64,000 nucleotides of DNA from Naegleria gruberi. Taxonomy: Eukaryota. Of the stretch, positions 12,101 to 23,518 are shown piece after piece. Each line of letters begins with the position of its first letter. Within the stretch, counting starts at the first letter, position 1. The position numbers and the translations under genes were made by a program. The stretch is from assembly GCA_000004985.1 (NCBI GenBank), contig GG738931.1; one strand, 5' to 3'. Under the pieces are notes generated by a model. That model worked only from the letters and a program-made list of their open reading frames with translations, was not told the origin of the DNA and made no database searches.

Positions 12101-12806
12101 GTTTGAATAATGTATTCCAATAAATAATTGAGGCTTTCTACTTACTTTCCACCATTTCCACCACTTTAAAAACATTCGAAAAGATTCACATAAACTACTT
12201 ACTTTCCACCATTACCTCCACTTTTTTCATTAAATAACTTTACAAATCCATCAATAACTTACTCTCCTCCATTACCACCACTTAAAATATTCAATCAACA
12301 TTACAAAATTTCTCAAACACTTACTCGCCTCCATTCGAAACACATGAAATTTCACAAACACATCCTTTATATTCCAAATCTCCACTCACTACCATATTAT
12401 TAGAACTGATATCACCCTCCAGAATGATCTTAATTGGATTTCCATTCATGCCACTCTCTGCATCCTCACCATGCCCTCCATGTCCACCACTATAACCATT
12501 TCCACCTCTTCATAAAGTAAATCGACACATAATAGAAGCAAAACTACTCACCTCCCACCACTCTCACCTTCACACCCATACGTTGCATTCAATGCATGCT
12601 TTCCCTCTTCTCCGATTGCTCCGTGCAATCCACTGTTTTATCCCACACATGATGAGATGAACAAATTGATCACGATCAAAAACAGTTCAAACAACCCAAA
12701 AACAACACACAACAACTTACTCACTTCCTCTCTTCCCAGAGCGACCCTTCACTCCCGTATGATCAACAATCTTTTGTTGTTGATGATTAGCTCCAATTTC
12801 TGACAT
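9115..12806 (-). CDS. Collagen-like, Gly-rich protein. The N-terminal region is encoded by about 11 mini-exons, followed by a 2.4-kb terminal exon.
   Basis: ATG at 12806 (MSEIGANHQQQ...GVKGRSGKRGS). Exons at 12806-12721, 12632-12552, 12507-12325, 12280-12263, 12220-12203, 12163-12146, 12095-12033, 11937-11929, 11883-11866, 11815-11780, 11736-11590 and ~11479-9115. Every intron starts GTAAGT (one GTGAGT) in phase 2. Exons encode GGNGG and G-X-Y units. The last exon carries 11 perfect G-X-Y triplets (GIQGRSGLNGKTGSIGGNGTSGFNGHKGVDGSS). Confidence 0.55.
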
Positions 12807-13002
12807 TTTTTTCAAGATGAAAAGATTTGATTCTTACGCGCAAGTCGTTGATTTTTCAAGCAATGGTGTGTTGGAAAAGGTAACCTTTGCTTTTGGAGTG
12901 TTACGGTGTAATTTTGAGAATAGTGGTAGATAACCTTCATTGTGTCAGAACTGTGAATATATTGAAATTGTAATAAATTAAGTTTATTTCAAGATTGGAT
13001 GA

Positions 13003-14287
13003 TTAAACGAGTGGAACTGCAAAAGCACAGTCAGTTTCAATGGCAAGATTGTAATCTTGATTACCTCTAACAATTCTGTTGTAAAAAAAGTATTAACATA
13101 TTTGGAATTTGTGTGAAATTATTAATAAAATATAAAAATTGAAATATTATTTAAATAATATTAAAATAAGTTGTTCTAATTTACATACCTGAAAAATCCT
13201 TGTTCACCCCAAGGTTGTCCCCAACTGTTTCTAACAATCCAAAACTTCTTTCCATTTTCTTCTCCCCAACCCATAACTGAAATGATGTGATTGATGGAAG
13301 GATCTTCTCTGTATTGAGCAAAGATACCACCAGTGTAAGCTTCCAAAGCAGAGGTAGCATCAATACCACAACTGATTGGTCCTCTAGCATAAATCTCACT
13401 CATCATTTGATGTTCTCCATCGATTTCACCATATTCCTTTGCCTTCCAAACTTTGTAATTTGAAATGGAATGACATCCAGTTGAATTACAGAATCCACAT
13501 TCAGCAAAAGCAGAACAATCTTGATTAACGGCCTTGTAATTGTTGCATGATTCATCAGGAATACCGTGATCATGAGCATATTGATAGACAGCTAATTATT
13601 CCAAAATTATTAAATTCATTCATCAATTCCAATATGATCAAATAATAAATTAAAATACTAATTAGTATTTTAAATTAATATCAATAATACATACGAGTAT
13701 CTTCACCACCTTTACATCAAGTCAATTATAACAACAATAACAAGAATAAAACTTACCATAACAGCTGCCTGCATCAGCACAAGCGATAACGTGTTGAACA
13801 CTCAACAAGACACGTGGGAATTGACCCTTTCTAGCAATGTTAATTCTATCAGCCAAAGCAGAAGTACTACCGTGAGCTATTTTCAAAGTAGATCATCCAA
13901 AATCATCACCATGAATTTTCATCAATTAATATATTGTTCAACAACAATAACAATAACAAGAATATTAAAATTATAAATTACAAAGAATAACAATAAAAAC
14001 TTACCCCAACAACTTCCACAATAAGTTGGAATGTGTTGATTACGTGTCACGGACAAGTAATTAACTCCAGAAACATTTCTCCAATCCCATGATGATGGCA
14101 AATCTTGTGGCTTCAAATAGGTATGAGGCTTTGGTGAAACTAAATGTTCACGGACGTACTTTGGATCGTTTTGATCAAATCTTTTATCCCTCTTGTAGCA
14201 TGGATTACGTTGATGGAAGGATAATTCCTCTGCACCAATAAAACCAATCATCAACAAGACGAGTACAGCAGTGATGAGTTTTTGCAT
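13003..14287 (-). CDS. Cathepsin Z/X-like papain-family cysteine protease with 4 exons.
   Basis: Exons 14287-14005, 13876-13757, 13591-13189 and 13075-13003. Spliced protein: signal peptide, then [32 protein letters not shown]|[18 protein letters not shown]...[14 protein letters not shown]|[23 protein letters not shown]. It matches human CTSZ block for block. Introns have GTAAGT/GTATGT donors and AG acceptors. Confidence 0.75.
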
Positions 14288-14407
14288 TTTTTTAATATTT
14301 AATGTTTTTTAGCGGGGTTGGATTGCGTTATTCTCCGATGAGTTTATTTATCATTTGCTCATAATTGGCAAGATATTGAAGATATCTTAAGCATCTTGAA
14401 AAATTCA

Positions 14408-15786
14408 TCACTTCTTGAGATAGAGCTCAAAGATGGCACTCAATGTGAGGGGTGTATCGCTGAGGCTCTGTTTGCTGTAGGCATTAAAGAGAGATTTAGC
14501 ATGAAGTGATCCAAATGAAATGATGATATTTGTAAAGGGTAGGAATGTGTCATGCCAAAAGAATTGCTCACAAAATTGAAACATTTCTGGAACGTTGGAG
14601 AGACGAATGAGTTGTCTCAAAAGAGGAATACATTGTTCCATCAATGAAGGAATGTCATGTTGGTGAGCCATTTGAATGAGAGCAAGAATATTGTGTTGAT
14701 TGATGTGAGAGGGATTGAGAATTCCATAGCAGTACTCAACAATACAGCAGATGCATTGATGGAATTATCCGGATAAAAGATGCTCTTGTCCACATCCACA
14801 AAACTTGCACCACTGGAGGAAAGCATTGACTCGAAGAATAAACTATTCGATGCAAGAATAGTCTTGTGTGTCCTGATGAATATTCCATCACCAAAATCAA
14901 TGGTGAAATCATACTCTAGTGGTTCTCCTTCATTGAACAACTCCTCGAAAATAAAAGGTGATGAATTTTCGTTTGGTTTTTCATGATATTCAATGAAATC
15001 TTGTTCCTTCTTATTGTAAAAGTGAAAGATGTGTTTCTCCACACGAGGATTCAACTTGATATCGAATTCCTCATCAAATACATGTTGTCTAATAAAACTA
15101 AAGCAATACGACTTGACAGCATTCAACAAATTGTAATCATCATTAGAAGGTGAATTACCAAAGGATTGTAATGTCTGTATATGATTATCAATACTATCCA
15201 GTACATCCAATACGTTAGAAACAGTGATTTTGTGTTGTAGACACTGCAATAGATTCCTCTTCACTTCAACCAACTCTCCACTACACGATTGCAATAGAAA
15301 CAAAAACCTACACAAACAATCTACATCATCTAATTCAAACTCTAGACTTGCCTCTTGATAGATATGTTGAATAATTCGTTGAATCACTTGCCTCTCAAAG
15401 TCATCAAGTTTGTTCATCAATTGTTCATTATCTAGCACTGTTTTAACAAATGATGGAGCAACCAAATTGACATACGGACGAAATACATGAAAGCCTGTAC
15501 CATGAGCATTATTCATCAAATCCCTTTCAAAAGGCTTGATAGAAGGATTGTGATATTGCTTCAACGTACGAGAGGAGTTGGGCAGCAAACTTTGTGAATC
15601 GGTTTCCTCCTCTGATGCTCCTGTCGTATTGTTTGTTGTTGTTATTATTGATGAAGATGAAGGTAATTGTCTTTGAATACCACAATAGCTTGGTAACAAT
15701 TTGGTATTGATGACTTTGGGAATTGTTGTTCTTCTCATCATGATGTTGTTCTTTTTATGTAAGTTGAAAAGATTACTAATGGCCAT
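14408..15786 (-). pseudogene. BTB/POZ-domain protein with an internal +1 frameshift near 14690.
   Basis: The 381-aa ORF ends inside the BTB domain (DFTIDFGDGIFIRTHKTILASNSLFFESM...). The rest of the domain (NILALIQMAHQHDIPSLMEQCIPLLRQLI) continues in another frame. There is no GT or AG in the junction, so splicing cannot reconcile the frames. Confidence 0.45.
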
Positions 15787-15968
15787 CTAGATGTTTGGGC
15801 CATAATTTGCCCACATCATGATTCCCACTACATCATCACCACATTAACCAGCCAATCAAGAAGATTTGTGTGAAAAATTTGTTGATAAAGGTTGCGAGAT
15901 ATTTTTTCTAATTTAGAAAAATAAAAATTATTTGAATAAAAAATTAATAATAAATTAATTTGATATTA

Positions 15969-17154
15969 TTAGTAATAACTTTCACTTTGGAATTTTCTTA
16001 CTATTATTTTCTTATTCTTTTCAAAATAGACATGTAATTTGGAAACATAATTAGATGCTCCAGCATTGAAGAATCTTGGACACCATTCGAAACCTCGTGT
16101 ATCTGCATCTCTCGAATAACTAATTTCGTCAGATGAAATTTCAACATCGTCATCATTATCCATCAAGTTGAAGAAGCAACAATCCTTTTCACTTAATTGA
16201 ATATTTGGTCTGTCATCATCTTCAGAGGAGGAAGAATCGAATCATCTGAATCGTATGCTTTTGATTTCTTTTTTTTCTTTTTAACTTTCTTAACAGTTTC
16301 AGATGAAATATATGGAGCTACGAATAAATCATCCGAATGCTTCTTATCAAATGGAAGATTTTCCTGAGCATTTGAGAATAAAATCAACATGCAGAATGTT
16401 GGAAGAGGACAAATAAACTTGTCCTGATTTCCCTTATTCTTTTTCTTCAATGAAATAACAACATGATCTTTCAAATATGAAAATTGATATCCATTATACA
16501 TGACTGTCAATATGAGTGCCAGCTTTAAATAATTTTCTTTGAGTTTTTCAACTTTGGGAGCTCTTTCGTATGTGTATTGGAAAGAATCAATGAGTGGTAC
16601 ATCATCAGAATCTTGACTCTTTAAATGGTCAATAATTTCATAAAGTGTTTCCTTATCTTGAATTTTTCTGATTTTTTCAATACTTTCACTGGAAAGTTCC
16701 TTAATTTCTTCGAATTTCTTGTCAAGTGTTGGAAACGCCAAAGTATTTCTAAATAAATTGAACCAATACATGTCGTCTTCCCTCTCTTCACATTTTGGGG
16801 TTTCAATCTTTTGCTTTTTGGTTTCTTTTTTGTCAACAACACGACTTGCTTTCTTTCTCTTTAATTTTCCTTCTTCATCACTTTCATCAGATTCGGAATT
16901 TTCATCATCATATCCTCCTCCTGATCAATAACACTACTCATCATCGCTGATCTCCAACCAAATAAATTCTCCATAAACAATTGTTCATAAATCGCCTTCC
17001 ACAAAATATTACTTTTCGAGCATTTGTAAAATTGTGTAGAAAGTGGTGAACAGCACTTGATGATGGATTTTACATCGAGGAATAACATTAAATGTGTGAT
17101 GGTGTCCGAGCATAAAAATGATGACGGTAGTGGTGTTTTGGTAATCATTGCCAT
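15969..17154 (-). pseudogene. F-box-like protein with acidic and Lys-rich tracts, split over 3-4 reading frames.
   Basis: N-terminus LPSSFLCSDTITHLMLFLDVKSIIKCCSPLSTQFYKCSKSNILW (F-box-like). Frame changes occur near 16925 and 16200 with no plausible introns. Confidence 0.4.
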
Positions 17155-17249
17155 TTTTTTTTCTAATCTCTGATTTACAATTGTGAATTTCCCAGTTTAA
17201 ATTGGAAATTGTAATCATTTACAATTTTGTAAAATTAAAATAAAAAAAA

Positions 17250-18806
17250 ATGACTGTAATACAAAATAACAACAAGAAGAGAAAGCACGAAGAATCATCA
17301 CAATTTCCTTCCGATGATGAATTTTGTGAGGATGGAAAAATAATGGACGAATCGGATTTATTTGAAGAATTGATGGAAGTGAATTGTAAATTAATTTCAT
17401 TGGCGAAAAAGGCAAAAGTTGTTGATTGTCGTTATTTTATGTACAATAGTGGAATAATTGATGAATTTATTGGCAATTTTTATGAATTTTTAAAACAAGC
17501 TGAGTTGCAACAGAAGAAGGCTGTAAAATCCTCTTCGGAACAGTTTAATTCGGATGTTTTATCAGAGATTTATCAATTCTTGGATACATCAACGGTCATA
17601 CATGGATGTGGATTGGTTTCTAAATTGTGGAATCAATCATTAAAGGGATTGAAATTGAAAGTCAGAGCTCAAAACATTGACATTTTATTGAATAGTTCAA
17701 TAATTACAAACATCACTCAATTGGAATTGGTTTCTACCACTGATGAAACATTTAAATTACTTTCAAATTGTAGAAATTTGGATAAACTGAACTCATTAGA
17801 TTTGTCAAGTAATAAGTTAGAAAAGGCATCCATTGATCATTTAATTAAATGTCATATGCCAAATTTGACAGAATTGAATTTGGCTTATATCAAACAATTT
17901 ACAGAAACAGCAGCAATAGAATTGTTAAACAGCCGTTTTATGAAAAGCATTAAGAAATTGGATTTATGTGAATCTTTAGAGAATTGTTCAAAGAATTTAT
18001 TTGCTTCCATTTCACAATCAAAAATTTTGAATCAAATCACCCACTTGAAAATTAATAGGTCCACTTATAATAGATACATAACGGACAAAGAGCATGGAAT
18101 TGATATTTTCTTGAATGATAAATTCAGTTTAGAACATTTAGAAACAGTACATTACCAATTGGATGTTCTTCCTAATTTATTAACAAATGGAAATTATAAG
18201 AATTTGACCTCACTTGATATTTGCAGTTGTAAAATTAGAAATCAAGTATTTGCAGATTTGATTGTTTCACCAAATTTACCCAATCTCACAAGTCTAAATG
18301 CTACGTATTTGCGTGAAGTGGATGACGACAAATCAGTTGCAGAATTTCCTCCAAATAGTGAAAGTTCACTTACTGATTTGGATTTGGGTAACTTCAGAGT
18401 AGCATCATTTCCTAAACTTGTTGATCATTGTCCAAAACTAAAGAAACTCATAGTTTATCCAGCAAATACCGATGAGGAATCAAAGAAAATACTTCTCAAT
18501 ATGATGAAATCTCCAAATTTATCTAATGTAGAATATTTGGACATATTATGTTGGAACGAAACATCAGAAATTATATTTACCAATCCAATCTTGTCTAATT
18601 TGAAGGAATTACATTTATCACCACTTCATTATGATGATACCGTAGACGTAAAATTAGTATCAAATTGTACAAATTTGATAAATTTAACAACGTTAATACC
18701 TTATACTGACATGGTAACTAAAGAGTGCTTACAGGAATTCAAGAAGAATCCAACCTTTGCAAAATTGAATATACGAGATTTTATGGGACGACCATTGATG
18801 ATTTGA
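17250..18806 (+). CDS. F-box-like/LRR protein, family A paralog 1 (518 aa).
   Basis: True ATG at 17250. F-box-like motif LNSDVLSEIYQFLDTSTVIHGCGLVSKLWNQS, then LRRs (NLTELNL, LTSLDICSCK, LSNLKELHL). About 45-50% identical to the 21596 ORF. Confidence 0.75.
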   Translation: MTVIQNNNKKRKHEESSQFPSDDEFCEDGKIMDESDLFEELMEVNCKLISLAKKAKVVDCRYFMYNSGIIDEFIGNFYEFLKQAELQQKKAVKSSSEQFNSDVLSEIYQFLDTSTVIHGCGLVSKLWNQSLKGLKLKVRAQNIDILLNSSIITNITQLELVSTTDETFKLLSNCRNLDKLNSLDLSSNKLEKASIDHLIKCHMPNLTELNLAYIKQFTETAAIELLNSRFMKSIKKLDLCESLENCSKNLFASISQSKILNQITHLKINRSTYNRYITDKEHGIDIFLNDKFSLEHLETVHYQLDVLPNLLTNGNYKNLTSLDICSCKIRNQVFADLIVSPNLPNLTSLNATYLREVDDDKSVAEFPPNSESSLTDLDLGNFRVASFPKLVDHCPKLKKLIVYPANTDEESKKILLNMMKSPNLSNVEYLDILCWNETSEIIFTNPILSNLKELHLSPLHYDDTVDVKLVSNCTNLINLTTLIPYTDMVTKECLQEFKKNPTFAKLNIRDFMGRPLMI

Positions 18807-19656
18807 TTTTTTGAGGAACATTACTTGATATTGAAAAATAATTCATATAAGCATTTTGACTTAGTATTGAACGATAAAGCGAATTTGAAGCATCCTTCAT
18901 ACGGTGAAATACTGAGTTTCTTTTGTTTTGGACAATAATCCAATAGTGAAGGAAAATATACAACTCTACAATATCTAAAGCATGATGAATTTGTTGGAAT
19001 CGGATGAAAGCTTAGATATTGAACTAGTTCAATTTAACATCATTTATTACTGAATTGGTGGTCAGCAAAGAATGCTCACACAATCCGACCTTTTCCGTTT
19101 TGAAAAAAATAGATCATTTTAGGATTCCAGAATTTATTGTGTAAACGTGTGCTAGAATTCTAATGATCTTACATTAAGCACTTGTTGGATAGTTCTTCTT
19201 TCCTATCTGTAATCCAGCAATGTAAAGCTAAAATAAATCAACAAAGTGGAATGTTTTGTAGCAAGAATAGATTTTCCTCCTTCTTTCATTAAGCACTAGT
19301 GTCACTCTATTAATTAATTGTGAAAACAACCAACCTTCTCCATTAACTGTTTAATTGAATGAAGTCAATAATTTAATCCAAAATTGATTTAAATAAACGT
19401 TTCCAATCTAATTATTCAGTTTCTATGGATTGCAGGTAGGAATGGAAAATAATCACAAATTAATGTGTATTTGAAAGAACTTTAAGTTTTGACATTTAGA
19501 GCTGGAGAGAATTTTGTGCATGGTAGAAGTTGGTGATTTTCTCGATAAATACTTATCATATTTTAAGAATTTCAACTTTCTGTGATAGAACAGGACCACT
19601 ACATGATACCCATAAAAGTTGGAGGTTCGAAAAATAGTATTGAGGAAGAAAAAGGT

Positions 19657-19737
19657 TGCAGAAGGTGGGATTTGAACCCACGAAGCTTGCGCAGTAGAAC
19701 TTGAGTCTACCCCCTTTGACCACTCGGGAACCCCTGC
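19657..19737 (-). tRNA. tRNA-Leu (anticodon CAA), 81 nt, no intron.
   Basis: Minus-strand read GCAGGGGTTCCCGAGTGGTCAAAGGGGGTAGACTCAAGTTCTACTGCGCAAGCTTCGTGGGTTCAAATCCCACCTTCTGCA. It has a 7-bp acceptor stem, D-arm, anticodon stem GTAGA/TCTAC with loop CTCAAGT, a long variable arm and a T-arm GGTTCAAATCC. It closely matches eukaryotic tRNA-Leu. Confidence 0.85.
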
Positions 19738-20190
19738 TTCACATTATAAATTAAATACTTTCTATCATAAAATAAGCCTATCATTGGGATAACTATATTA
19801 CAATATCAATGATAACAATTTCAGTATGAAGTCACCACTTCAAAGAATTTGTTAATATATCAAGGGAACTTTCAACAAAAAATTCCACAAGTGCACACCG
19901 CGATTTTTTTCATCACTACAATAATTTTTATTTCCATCAATTCATCATCATTATGAACATAACACCAATAATTCAATCTAAACAAACAATCAATAGGGAG
20001 CATTAAAAGTATCTAATTCAATTCTACCGATCCGAATCATGTGGATACAATAGGTTGAACCTTCTTTGGCGGTATTTTAAGTTTTGTAAACTCAATCCCA
20101 GCAAACAACACCGATTTGCCTAAATTCGTGCTGAGCCAAAATACAGCAAAAATCCAACAAGAAAAAAACACAACAACATCAATAATAATA

Positions 20191-21509
20191 ATGATGGTAC
20201 GTACCAACACACAAATATTCTGTTCTAATAACCAACAATATAATCATTCGCACTAATTAATCATCATCATCATCATGATGACCACACAATATATTCTTGT
20301 TATCCGAACTATTCTAACACAACATTATTATAGACTGCTCAAGTTCCAGCTGGTAAATTCATTGCCTTTGACTATGTCGAATTCTGGGTTGGTAATGCCG
20401 TCCAAGCTCGTGATTACTACATTTCTCGTTTCGGATTCAAGCCATACGCATTTAAAGGATTAGAAACTGGTTCCAAGGAATTGGTGACCCACGTTATCAG
20501 ACAAAACAATACAATTCTTGCTTTCAGTTCACCACTCTTGCCTGCTTCAAAGAGTGCTATTGCCAAGGAAATGACAGCTCACCATGCTGAACACGGTGAT
20601 GGTGTCAAGGATATTGCTTTCACTGTTGATAATGCTGAAGCAATTTATAAGGCTGCTGTCGAAAATGGAGCCATTTCTGTCAGAGAACCAACTGTCTTGA
20701 CTGATGAATTGGGAAGTGTCAAGATTGCTAGTGTCAGAACTTATGGTGAAACTATTCACACTTTTGTTGAAAGAGCCGAATATAAGGGTAAATTCTTGCC
20801 AGGTTTCAGAATTATTGAAGAATCAATTGTTGAACCATTCGAAAATTTCACTCCAAGTCTTGGTTTGTTGTACGTTGACCACATTGTCGGTAATCAAGGA
20901 TGGGGAGAAATGACTCCTGTCTGTGACTGGTACGAACAAAAGCTCGGATTCCACAAATTCTGGAGTGTTGATGATTCTGTTATGCACACTGAATTCAGTG
21001 CTTTGAGTTCTACTGTTATGGCTGATTCGGAAGAAAATGTCAAGATGCCAATCAATGAACCTGCCAAGGGTAAGAAGATGTCACAAATTGAAGAATTTGT
21101 TAATTTCTATGGTGGTGCTGGTGCCCAACATATTGCTTTGAGAACTGAAGATATTATTCACACTGTCACACAAATGAGAGCTCGTGGTGTTGCCTTCTTG
21201 CCAACTCCAGACTCTTACTATGACAATTTGAGAAAGAGATTAGCTCATGCTCCAATTACTGTCAAGGAAGATATTGATGTTCTTCAAAAGTTGAAGATTT
21301 TGGTTGACTTTGACGATAAGGGATACTTGTTGCAAATCTTTACCAAGCCAGTTGAAGATAGACCAACCTTGTTCTATGAAATTATTCAAAGAGCTAACAA
21401 TTCAGGATTTGGTGCTGGTAACTTTAAGGCTCTCTTTGAATCCATTGAACAAGAACAAGAAAGACGTGGTACTTTGGTTGAAACTTGTGATTACAAGATT
21501 CAATGTTAA
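20191..21509 (+). CDS. 4-hydroxyphenylpyruvate dioxygenase (HPPD) with 2 exons.
   Basis: Exon 1 is 20191-20196 (ATGATG|GTACGT). The intron runs to TTATAG at 20333. Exon 2 is 20334-21509 (TAQVPAGKFIAFDYVEFWVGNAVQARDYYISRFGF...GFGAGNFKALFESIEQEQERRGTLV), with HPPD signatures throughout. Confidence 0.8.
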
Positions 21510-21595
21510 GTCCACAATCGATCATGACCATTGTGTAAATTTTTGTAAATAAAACAATAAAACAATTTTGTAATATTTTAGAAATAAGTAAAAAA

Positions 21596-23119
21596 ATGAC
21601 GGTAATTCAAAACAAGAAGAGGAAACATGAAGAATCATCACATCATGATGATGATGGAAAAATGTTTGATAATGCTGATAATATTGAATCGGTTTTATTT
21701 GAAGAAATGACGACAGTTAATTCCCAATTGCTTTCATTGGCAAACAAGATGAAACTGGTTGATAATATTTATTTTACAAAGAATACCGAAATGATTGATG
21801 AATTTATTGGAAATATTAACGAATTTTTGAAACAATTAGATATGCGTAGGAAGAAGGCTTTTTCTGAAAAATTGAATTCCGATATTTTGTCTTATATTTA
21901 TCAATTCTTGGATACAAATATTCTTAAAGAATGTTGTGGTTTAGTTTCTAAATTATGGAGACAATCAATAGGATTGAAAGTGAAAGTGAGAGATATTGAT
22001 ATTGATAAATTTGTAAATTGTTCACTAATTGAAAATGTAACGTACCTACAATTGGTTGATACTACTGAAGAACCAGAAACATTTAAATGGCTTGTAAATT
22101 GTAGAAATTTGGATAACTTGAAATCATTAGATTTATCTGAAATCGAATTGGAAAATGTAGAGTATTTAATGAAATGTCACATGCCTAATTTGACAGAATT
22201 GAATTTGGCGAAAAGGGTATCTGATGAGGAAGTGGTAATAGAATTGCTTACCAGTAGTTTCATGACCAGTGTTAAGAAATTGGATTTATCATATTCATTC
22301 TACGAATTTCCAATTGATATATATGAATCAATTTCAGAATCTAACTATTTGAGTCAAATCACTCATTTGAACCTTGATAATATGGAATATTTAGAATTTA
22401 CTGGGCTGGATTTACTGCTGAAAGATAAAGTGAATTTGGAACACCTACAAATACGCAAGCATTGTTTGGTTAGTTATCCAAATTTATTTACGAATGGAAA
22501 TTATATGAATCTCACATATCTTGATATTTCCAGTTGTCAATTAAGTAGAAATCAAGAATTTATAGATTTAATGTTTTCTCCAAACTTGCCAAATCTTACA
22601 ACACTCAAGGGCAAGGCGTTATGGGCCGAAGAAGATGGCAAAGAAAAAGACATAGTTGTTGAAATTCCTCCAAACAGTCAAAGTTCTCTCACTGATTTAG
22701 ATATAAGATATTGTAGGGTTGGATTTTATCCATCACTCTTTAATCACTGTCCAAAACTAAAGAAATTATCAGTTTATTCTTTACATGATGAGGAATCAAA
22801 GAAATTACATCTCAATATGATGAAATCTCCAAACTTGACAAATTTAGAATATTTGAAAATGGATAGTTGGAATGAAGCATCAGAAATTATCTTTACCAAT
22901 CCAATCTATTCGAATTTAAAGGAATTACATTTAGTAAGACCATTCAGGAATGGTGAAAACTTAAATGTAGAACTAGTATCAAACTGTAACAATTTGGTCA
23001 ATTTAACAACATTAACTGTATCTGTTGAAACACAAGACTTGCAAGAATTCCAGAAAAATCCCACATTTTCCAAACTGAAAAGAATATCCAATATTGTAAT
23101 ACCACAAAAAAGGCTATGA
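21596..23119 (+). CDS. F-box-like/LRR protein, family A paralog 2 (507 aa).
   Basis: ATG at 21596. The N-terminus MTVIQNKKRKHEESS is almost identical to paralog 1. F-box-like motif LNSDILSYIYQFLDTNILKECCGLVSKLWRQS, then LRRs. Confidence 0.75.
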   Translation: MTVIQNKKRKHEESSHHDDDGKMFDNADNIESVLFEEMTTVNSQLLSLANKMKLVDNIYFTKNTEMIDEFIGNINEFLKQLDMRRKKAFSEKLNSDILSYIYQFLDTNILKECCGLVSKLWRQSIGLKVKVRDIDIDKFVNCSLIENVTYLQLVDTTEEPETFKWLVNCRNLDNLKSLDLSEIELENVEYLMKCHMPNLTELNLAKRVSDEEVVIELLTSSFMTSVKKLDLSYSFYEFPIDIYESISESNYLSQITHLNLDNMEYLEFTGLDLLLKDKVNLEHLQIRKHCLVSYPNLFTNGNYMNLTYLDISSCQLSRNQEFIDLMFSPNLPNLTTLKGKALWAEEDGKEKDIVVEIPPNSQSSLTDLDIRYCRVGFYPSLFNHCPKLKKLSVYSLHDEESKKLHLNMMKSPNLTNLEYLKMDSWNEASEIIFTNPIYSNLKELHLVRPFRNGENLNVELVSNCNNLVNLTTLTVSVETQDLQEFQKNPTFSKLKRISNIVIPQKRL

Positions 23120-23518
23120 TCACAGAAGAATCATAAAATAATATGATAATGATGAAGGCAGTTCATTCACAATTAATTTTATTGGCAAATTTGGAAAATT
23201 TATTCAAAGAATTTATGAAACAATTTGAAGTTCTTGTGCTTGCTTGGCACACTATATCTTAATAGTGGAGGAATTTATTGCCTTAATTTCAGATCAAAAT
23301 ATACTACAATAACGAATCTATTCAGATTCTCATAATGGTGATCAAAAAAAATGGAACAACGAAATACAGGAGTTGTTACTACTGCTAATAATTTATTGAT
23401 GGTGATGATGGAGGATGATCATCATCAATGTTGTTTGGATATATCTTCCTCATCAAAATTACTGGCCACCAAAATGAGAGAAATTCCACAGAAGGATATT
23501 TGAAATTATTATCAATGT

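Noticed and set aside
14408-17154. Whether all frameshifts are simply draft-assembly errors.
   Set aside because: Not fully rejected. Deprioritised because many kilobase-scale ORFs in the same window are intact. I cannot check read support, so these are reported as putative pseudogenes with that caveat.
19100-19330. The word ttcattaagcact occurs twice in the intergenic region.
   Set aside because: Too short and too isolated to call a repeat or regulatory element.
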